Shown piece by piece: positions 25,961 through 32,000 of a DNA stretch of 32,000 bases (positions are counted from its first letter, which is position 1; each line of letters opens with the position of its first letter). The notes under the pieces were generated by a model. It was not told the DNA's origin. It did no database searches and saw only the letters and a program-made list of their open reading frames with translations. The stretch spans positions 180,001 to 212,000 of the forward strand of contig NC_009929.1 of the NCBI RefSeq assembly GCF_000018105.1, in the 5' to 3' direction. A program made the position numbers and the translations under genes. The stretch comes from Acaryochloris marina MBIC11017. Its GTDB lineage: Bacteria > Cyanobacteriota > Cyanobacteriia > Thermosynechococcales > Thermosynechococcaceae.

Positions 25961-27697
25961 TCAATTACAGCCCAGCGCTAGCATAGCCTGATGAGTGCTT
26001 AGAAAGATGCGTTCTCGACCCAGCTTTTCCACAAAATCTGTCTTCTCTAGCTGATCCATCACTGGACCCTTAACTTCAGCTAAATAGACCCTCACGCCAG
26101 CAGAGTTCAAATCAGCAAACAGTGCTTCAAGCGTTTCCAATGCGCTCGCATCAATGAAGTTTATGGCACTACAGATCAGTACAAGATGTTGCAAATCAGA
26201 TATGTGAGACACAGCATGCAGCACATAGTCTTCCAAAGCTTTTATATTGGCAAAATAGAGACTTTCATCCACACGAATTGCTAACACATGTGGGTAGGTT
26301 TTTACAGGATTCCGTAGCACATTCCTAAAATGCTCAGAGCCCTCAATTCGACCAACAACTGCTAAATGGGGATGGCTGGTCCGCCATAAATACAGGCATA
26401 GAGAGGCCAGAACCCCTACGAGAATTCCAGCTTCAATCCCTAACCCCAACACAGCACCAAATGTGATCAGTAATGAAGCCGCATCTGCACGATTGTATTG
26501 CCACATGCGTTGAAGTGACGTGAAATCTATCAAATTCAAAACAGCAACGATAATGATCGCTGCCAACACAGCCTGAGGCAAAAAATAAAATAAGGGTGTG
26601 AAAAATAGAACCGTTAAGGCAATGAGCAAAGCTGTGATGATGGATGCTAAACCTGTGTTGGCCCCAGCACTAAAATTAACCATGGTTCGACTTAATCCCC
26701 CAGTGACTGGATATCCACCAGTGAAGGCTGCGCTCAGGTTTGCAGCTCCTAGACCGATCAACTCTTGGTTGGCATCAATTTTTTGCCGACGTTTACTAGC
26801 CAGGGACTTAGCCACAGAAATACTTTCCATAAATCCCACAAGACTAATTGCAACGGCAGTAGGCATAAGAGCTTGCCAACTCTTCAAGTCAAAGGTGGGC
26901 AGCGTCAAGGGCGGCAAACCCGCTCGAATCTCACCAATAATCTTGACCTGCGCCACTTCATGGAGTTGGAGTCTCCACACCAAAACAGTATTAACGAGCA
27001 CCAGCAGCAATGGTCCACCTCTGGTCAAGGGGAGAATCAAATTTTGAGGCATCCCTAGCTTCTTCAGTAGTGGCTGCAATTGATGGTTGAAGACCAGCAA
27101 CACAACTAGGCTAGTGAGACCAAGGATCAGGGTAATGCTATTCCTCTGAGGCAGGTGCTGCCAAATCTCCTGTAGTAATTCTGGAAAGGACTCGGTCTTT
27201 GGAAGCTGCAATCCAAAAAGGTGTTTAAGCTGGCTAAAACCAATAATGATGGCAGCTGCACTCGTGAAGCCAGAAATTACGGCATGACTGAGAAAGTTCA
27301 CCAGAAAACCGAGTCGAACCACTCCCATCAGCATTTGTAGGATGCCTACTAAAAGGGCCAACATCATAGCCAAAGTTAGGTATTCAGACGTATTGGGTTG
27401 AGCGAGTTGTCCTACCCCTGTGGCCACTAACAGCGAAACGATGGCGACGGGACCCACAGCCAAAGTTCTGCTTGTCCCCAAAAGCGCATACAGTATCAGT
27501 GGCATGATGCTGGCATAGAGGCCAATCTGAGGGGGTAAACCAGCCAGCAATGCATAGGCCATGCCTTGAGGAACCAGCATGATCGCTACTATTACTCCTG
27601 CCATTAAATCGCCAATAAGGTGCTGAGAACGGTATTCCAGAAACCATTTTAGAAAGGGTAGATAGCGACTTAAGTGAGTGAGTCTATGAAGAGGCAT
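25961..27697 (-). CDS. SulP-family anion (sulfate) permease with C-terminal STAS domain
   Basis: 578 aa and polytopic. N-terminus LIGDLMAGVIVAIMLVPQGMAYALLAGLPPQIGLY is typical of SulP. The C-terminal STAS-like domain includes VLAIRVDESLYFAN...IDASALETLE. Confidence 0.9.
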   Translation of the reverse strand: MPLHRLTHLSRYLPFLKWFLEYRSQHLIGDLMAGVIVAIMLVPQGMAYALLAGLPPQIGLYASIMPLILYALLGTSRTLAVGPVAIVSLLVATGVGQLAQPNTSEYLTLAMMLALLVGILQMLMGVVRLGFLVNFLSHAVISGFTSAAAIIIGFSQLKHLFGLQLPKTESFPELLQEIWQHLPQRNSITLILGLTSLVVLLVFNHQLQPLLKKLGMPQNLILPLTRGGPLLLVLVNTVLVWRLQLHEVAQVKIIGEIRAGLPPLTLPTFDLKSWQALMPTAVAISLVGFMESISVAKSLASKRRQKIDANQELIGLGAANLSAAFTGGYPVTGGLSRTMVNFSAGANTGLASIITALLIALTVLFFTPLFYFLPQAVLAAIIIVAVLNLIDFTSLQRMWQYNRADAASLLITFGAVLGLGIEAGILVGVLASLCLYLWRTSHPHLAVVGRIEGSEHFRNVLRNPVKTYPHVLAIRVDESLYFANIKALEDYVLHAVSHISDLQHLVLICSAINFIDASALETLEALFADLNSAGVRVYLAEVKGPVMDQLEKTDFVEKLGRERIFLSTHQAMLALGCN

Positions 27698-27760
27698 ACA
27701 CTTTGAATCAGCCTAAAATCGGGTCTAATCTGCTCCCTGTGAGGAAGGCGTCGAGAACTT

Positions 27761-28243
27761 TCAATCGTTGCTTACCCCTATCAAGACAAGACTACCCCCC
27801 ACAACAATACTGAATAGTACAAACCAAGGAGATAGCGTTGACCCCAAACTAGTCCCAAGGAGAACACAAGAGCCCGTTAAAATTTGGGCTAAACGAAGTA
27901 TGTTTATGGATCGCTTGCCCTGAGTGGGATATCCAGCAGCCTTCCAAGCAGCTAAACCGCCTTGAAGATGATGAACATGGCTAAATCCTGCCTGCAACAT
28001 TTGATGTGCAGCTTGGGTCGAACGGTCACCAGATTGACACTGAAGGACAATCCTTTGCCCCTGAAGACGAGGGACTGTGGCGGGGTCAAACTTGTCGATC
28101 GGTATCAGTTTTGCTCCAGGAATATGACTTTTTTCAAACTCCTGGGGTTTGCTGACATCAATCAATAACACCTCATTCCGATCCATCCATTGCTTGAGCG
28201 TGAGGGCATCAATTTCTTTTAGATTGTGCATTGCAAATGTCAT
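27761..28243 (-). CDS. Rhodanese-domain sulfurtransferase with C-terminal membrane anchor (YgaP-like)
   Basis: ORF 27761..28315. ATG 28243 (MTFAMHNL...) is preceded by GAGGGAAG. Active-site loop CQSGDRS. The C-terminal hydrophobic region is ILTGSCVLLG...FVLFSIVVGGSLVLIG. Confidence 0.8.
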   Translation of the reverse strand: MTFAMHNLKEIDALTLKQWMDRNEVLLIDVSKPQEFEKSHIPGAKLIPIDKFDPATVPRLQGQRIVLQCQSGDRSTQAAHQMLQAGFSHVHHLQGGLAAWKAAGYPTQGKRSINILRLAQILTGSCVLLGTSLGSTLSPWFVLFSIVVGGSLVLIGVSND

Positions 28244-28334
28244 TGTCTTCCCTCTTTGAAATGAGCCCATTAGGCTGATGGGATTGGTAAAGAACTGATC
28301 TTTTGGAGTTAGCAATCCAGTATTCCAAGCATCA

Positions 28335-29060
28335 TTAAGCAGTAATCACTTGACCACATCGTTCATTAGCTGGGACCGCTTCCATGATCTTTTGTGGATT
28401 AGGAAGATCCAAAGCGTTCATAAACTCAATAAAAGTGTTGCGATCTCTTCCTTTAAACCGGGGATTCCATTGCTTCTCTTCACCAATCGAGGAGAGGGTA
28501 AGTCCTCGATAGTCATGCCCCGGAAAGACCAGAATCTCCTCCGACAGCGTAAATAATTTCTGGGTGACTGAGTCATAAAGTGTTCCTGCATCTCCGCTTT
28601 GGAAGTCTGTACGACCGCAACCGCGAATGAACAAAGCATCTCCCGTTAGTACACGATCTCCATTGACCAAATAGGCGTTATGACTATCTGTGTGACCGGG
28701 CGTCGCAATGGCTTGGATAGGGATAGTCCCCAAGGTTATTGTTTCCCCATCTTGTAAGTAACGATCAGCACAGGCGGCATGAGCATGCTCTGGCACGATC
28801 CCCTGACACCCTGTTTTTGCCCGTAATGCTTCAGTTCCCGTAATGTGATCAGCATGGATGTGGGTTTCTAGACAGAACTGGAGTTTTAAGCCCAATTCGT
28901 GTATCAGTTTTAAATCTCGGTCTACTTGCTCTAAAACAGGATCCACTAACAGTGCTGCTTTGGTCTCAGGATCAGCTATCAGGTAGGTATAGGTGTTAGA
29001 TTGCTGGTCGAAAAGCTGTCTAAATAACCATATTTCACTATGTGAATGTCTTGCCATCAT
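28335..29060 (-). CDS. ETHE1-type persulfide dioxygenase (metallo-beta-lactamase fold)
   Basis: ORF 28335..29117. ATG 29060 is preceded by GGGAG. Motifs: FRQLFDQQSNTYTYLIAD, HIHADHITG, ATPGHTDSH, GDALFIRGCGRTDFQSGD, FPGHDYRG. Confidence 0.85.
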   Translation of the reverse strand: MMARHSHSEIWLFRQLFDQQSNTYTYLIADPETKAALLVDPVLEQVDRDLKLIHELGLKLQFCLETHIHADHITGTEALRAKTGCQGIVPEHAHAACADRYLQDGETITLGTIPIQAIATPGHTDSHNAYLVNGDRVLTGDALFIRGCGRTDFQSGDAGTLYDSVTQKLFTLSEEILVFPGHDYRGLTLSSIGEEKQWNPRFKGRDRNTFIEFMNALDLPNPQKIMEAVPANERCGQVITA

Positions 29061-29098
29061 CACTATGCTCCCTATCAGATTATCTTCAGCTACTTGCT

Positions 29099-29653
29099 TT
29101 AGGGACATGCGCCCCAATTACTCCAAACCGGAATACCCTCTTGATCGCGAAGCTTTAGGGTCACATCGGCTTTGGTAACTGCAGCTGCAATCACAGCTGG
29201 CTGATTATCAACCTCCACTCTTGAACCCGTGAGGGTAATCTTATCCCCCTGTTGAATGATGAAATTTTGCTCCTCAAAGAACCAAGTGGGTCCTAGACGG
29301 ATTTCAACATTATCTGCGTCAGACCTAAGCTGAAGATGAACCCCTGTGGACATTCCCCAACGAGGGGTAACCGTATCTACTTGTATGACCTGCCCCTGAA
29401 TAGTCTCAACTGTGCTTGGATTGTAGAGTCTGCTGTATTGACCATAATTTTGTCTTCTATGGCGTCTCTGCCATCTTGGCGGCGAGTTAAGGCACTCTGA
29501 TTCTGAGGCAGGGGAAGCATTGGTTTGGGCATTACTTTGTGCAGGGAATTGCTCAAAGCTAGATTCCATAGACTGTTGACAGGCAGTCAGGAGCAGCAAG
29601 AGTAACCCCGTCAAAAGAACCGTAACAACGGCCTTAGCATAGTTAGATTTCAT
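29099..29653 (-). CDS. Predicted lipoprotein of unknown function with conserved C-terminal beta-rich domain
   Basis: Signal peptide plus lipobox: MKSNYAKAVVTVLLTGLLLLLLTAC. Strong SD AGGAGGG upstream. The C-terminal block GQVIQVD...GVHLQLRSD...IRLGPTWFFEEQ...GDKITLTGS...LKLRDQEGIPVW recalls MamS/MamX-like periplasmic domains (weak recall). Confidence 0.6.
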   Translation of the reverse strand: MKSNYAKAVVTVLLTGLLLLLLTACQQSMESSFEQFPAQSNAQTNASPASESECLNSPPRWQRRHRRQNYGQYSRLYNPSTVETIQGQVIQVDTVTPRWGMSTGVHLQLRSDADNVEIRLGPTWFFEEQNFIIQQGDKITLTGSRVEVDNQPAVIAAAVTKADVTLKLRDQEGIPVWSNWGACP

Positions 29654-29709
29654 GATTTTCCCTCCTGGCGTGATTCGATCAATCTCAAAGGAGTCTGCTC
29701 AAAGCAGGA

Positions 29710-32000
29710 TCAAGACTGGGACCGTTGGGGTCTAGCTGCTAAATATTGGTAGAGAAGCCAACGGGTATTCACGTCTTGCTGAGCTTCTTGCAAGAGTTGT
29801 TGAGCCGTCTCTGGCTGGCTACGGGTTAGCATCTTGAATCGATTCTCGGCATACATGGATGGGTTGATGGGAACCTTGGGAGCATGCGAATCTAATACCA
29901 AAGGATTTTGGCCTTGGGTCACTCGTCGAGGATCATGACGATACAAGAGCCAACGCCCAGCATCTACCAAGGATTTTTGATGGTGCATGGCTGAAGACAT
30001 CTCAATCCCATGAGCAATGCAATGGGCATAGGCAATGATTAGGGAGGGGCCTTCATAGGATTCAGCTTCGATAAAAGCTTTAAGGGTATGTTCATCCCGT
30101 GCCCCCATAGCAACACTAGCCACATAGACATTGCCGTAGGTCATCGCCATTAAACCCAGATCTTTCTTCGGGGTTGGCTTGCCTCCTGCGGCAAATTTGG
30201 CAACGGCAGCTCTTGGAGTGGACTTTGACATCTGTCCACCCGTATTGGAATAAACTTCGGTATCCAGCACAAGGATATTGACGTTGCGCCCACTGGCCAA
30301 GACGTGATCTAGGCCGCCATAACCGATATCGTAGGCCCAACCATCTCCACCAATAATCCAGACACTCTTTTTAACGAAATAGTCAGCCAGGGCCTTGAGC
30401 TGACTCATTTTTTCGATCAGCGAGTTATCCCGTCTGTCGTTTTTATGGGACTCCAGATGAATTTCCTGCTCCGTTAGCCATTGTTTCAATAGAACAACTT
30501 CTTGACGGATCTCAGCAATATCAGCTTCGTCATCTTGCTTGGCTGCTAAGAGTCGCTCAGCTAGAAACTGGATATAATCATGCTCGTCTTCTATGGTATT
30601 GACTACCTCCTCAAGAAGTTTACGAGCAAGTTCTTTTTGCTGATCAATCGCGACTCGGAAACCCAAACCAAACTCAGCATTATCCTCAAATAGGGAGTTA
30701 GACCAAGCAGGACCTCGGCCGTCAGCGTTTACGGTCCAAGGTGTTGTGGGTAGGTTGCCACCGTAAATAGAAGAACAACCTGTGGCATTAGCAACGACCA
30801 TGCGATCGCCAAATAGTTGTGTTATCAGTTTGATGTAAGGTGTTTCTCCACACCCCGCACAAGCCCCAGAAAACTCAAATAAGGGTTGTTGCATTTGTTG
30901 ATGACTAATTTTATGGAGATTGAGCGATTGACGTTGGGGATGGGGCAGGGTTAAGAAATAATCCCAATTCTGAACCTCAGTTTCTCTCAAAGGACGTTGG
31001 GGTTCCATGTTGAGGGCTTTCAGTCGGGGTTTTGACTTATTTTTCGCTGGGCAAACATCCACACAGATGCCGCATCCCGTGCAGTCTTCCGGTGCCACTT
31101 GAATGGAAAATTTAAGATCACTCCAAGCATGATCACGGGCCGCTGTACTCTTAAAGGTTGTTGGTGCTTTTTCAGTGTGTTCAGGGTCGTAGACTTTACT
31201 CCGAATGACACTGTGGGGACAAACCATGACACATTTCCCACACTGTATACAGACCTCTGGATCCCAAACAGGAATAAACTGAGCAATATTCCTTTTTTCC
31301 CATTTGGCTGTGCCCGTGGGATAGGTACCATCAGCGGGTAACGCACTAACCGGGAGCATATCTCCCTGGCGCTGAATCATATAATTGAGCACTTCACGGA
31401 CAAACTTGGGAGCAGTTTCCGGCATCGTTGAGGCTTGACTATTGTTTACCTTTAACTGGCCGATTGAATCATCCATAGGGACTTTGTAGAGTTGTTCTAG
31501 AGCCGCATCTACTGCCTTAAGGTTCATGCGGACAATTTCCTCGCCCTTCTTGCCATAGGTTTGATGAATCGATTCCTTAATACATGCAACTCCCACATCA
31601 CGGGGCAAGATATCTGAAAGGACAAAAAAGCACACCTGCATCACGGTATTGATGCGTCCCCCCATACCTACAGCCTGAGCTATTTGGTTGGCATTAATGC
31701 CATAGAGCTTAAGATGTTTCTGAAGTACTTGTTGCTGCACATGAGCAGGTAAGCGTTCCCAAATCTCTGTAGCTGGGTATGGACTATTTAGCAGGACAAT
31801 AGCCTTGGGTTGGGCAGCTTTCAGGACATCAATTTTGTCTAGGAAGTCCCAATGATGACAGGCAATAAAGTTGGCTTGTTCAATTAAATAGGTTGACCGA
31901 ATGGGGTCTGGTCCAAATCGGAGATGAGAAACTGTGACTGACCCAGATTTTTTGGAATCGTAGACGAAGTAGCCTTGGGCATAGTGATCAGTATGCTCGC
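29710..32000 (-). CDS. nifJ: Pyruvate:ferredoxin/flavodoxin oxidoreductase (PFOR), C-terminal ~760 aa; 5' part lies beyond the window
   Basis: The frame stays open upstream of the listed GTG at 31740 (...IVLLNSPYPATEIWERLPAHVQQQ...). Two 4Fe-4S ferredoxin motifs: CIQCGKCVMVCP and CTGCGICVDVCP. TPP-binding region: GGDGWAYDIGYGGLDH...DTEVYSNTGGQ. Confidence 0.93.
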   Translation of the reverse strand, partial: EHTDHYAQGYFVYDSKKSGSVTVSHLRFGPDPIRSTYLIEQANFIACHHWDFLDKIDVLKAAQPKAIVLLNSPYPATEIWERLPAHVQQQVLQKHLKLYGINANQIAQAVGMGGRINTVMQVCFFVLSDILPRDVGVACIKESIHQTYGKKGEEIVRMNLKAVDAALEQLYKVPMDDSIGQLKVNNSQASTMPETAPKFVREVLNYMIQRQGDMLPVSALPADGTYPTGTAKWEKRNIAQFIPVWDPEVCIQCGKCVMVCPHSVIRSKVYDPEHTEKAPTTFKSTAARDHAWSDLKFSIQVAPEDCTGCGICVDVCPAKNKSKPRLKALNMEPQRPLRETEVQNWDYFLTLPHPQRQSLNLHKISHQQMQQPLFEFSGACAGCGETPYIKLITQLFGDRMVVANATGCSSIYGGNLPTTPWTVNADGRGPAWSNSLFEDNAEFGLGFRVAIDQQKELARKLLEEVVNTIEDEHDYIQFLAERLLAAKQDDEADIAEIRQEVVLLKQWLTEQEIHLESHKNDRRDNSLIEKMSQLKALADYFVKKSVWIIGGDGWAYDIGYGGLDHVLASGRNVNILVLDTEVYSNTGGQMSKSTPRAAVAKFAAGGKPTPKKDLGLMAMTYGNVYVASVAMGARDEHTLKAFIEAESYEGPSLIIAYAHCIAHGIEMSSAMHHQKSLVDAGRWLLYRHDPRRVTQGQNPLVLDSHAPKVPINPSMYAENRFKMLTRSQPETAQQLLQEAQQDVNTRWLLYQYLAARPQRSQS

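Noticed and set aside
26598-27058. Plus-strand ORFs antisense to the SulP permease (149 aa and 97 aa)
   Set aside because: These are shadow frames of a well-supported membrane-protein gene, with no start context or recognisable motifs.
29054-29117. Long N-terminal extension of the persulfide dioxygenase ORF overlapping the lipoprotein gene end
   Set aside because: Family N-termini start just before FRQLFD. An ATG with a GGGAG Shine-Dalgarno sequence sits at 29060, so the extension is probably untranslated.

Overview
Hand analysis only; no searches were run. Family names come from motifs visible in the translations plus recall. Hand-counted coordinates of non-coding motifs may be off by 1-2 nt. 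The window looks like an accessory, IS-rich region of a cyanobacterium-like genome. That guess rests on gene content (PaO-type Rieske oxygenase, FtsH paralog, PFOR/nifJ) and on the IS1/IS21/IS630/ISKra4-like/Tn3 mix, and it is low confidence.

(1) 1-9.5 kb is a nest of mobile elements. A Tn3-family transposon carries a tyrosine recombinase, an HTH/double-zinc-ribbon gene and tnpA. Its tnpA is broken by a 1-nt frameshift and by an IS1-family insertion with a 9-bp target duplication. The transposon truncates an ISKra4-like IS, which is itself split by an IS21-family element (6-bp duplication) and carries an in-frame stop.

(2) 9.5-14.3 kb starts with an abrupt drop in GC and a 0.7-kb ORF-free AT-rich tract. 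It then encodes a universal stress protein, a flavodoxin-like protein and an FtsH protease.

(3) 14.3-21.4 kb is a co-directional run. It holds an NmrA/BciA-like reductase, a PaO-family Rieske oxygenase split by an IS630 element at a TA site, a SAM methyltransferase, an EEP-family phosphoesterase and a cardiolipin synthase.

(4) 21.6-25.3 kb holds a DJ-1/PfpI domain lacking its catalytic Cys-His and fused to a helical domain, plus a DUF5335-like protein. It also holds an FAD-oxidoreductase remnant, an acyltransferase and an alpha/beta hydrolase.

(5) 25.3-29.7 kb is a minus-strand sulfur cluster: lipoprotein, ETHE1-type persulfide dioxygenase, membrane rhodanese, SulP/STAS permease and collapsed YeeE/YedE genes. 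It lies downstream of a partial nifJ.

I saw no CRISPR array, tRNA, rRNA or recognisable defence system. The best candidates for something undescribed are the reductase/oxygenase/methyltransferase module, the recombinase plus HTH-zinc-ribbon Tn3 architecture, and the catalytically dead DJ-1 fusion.
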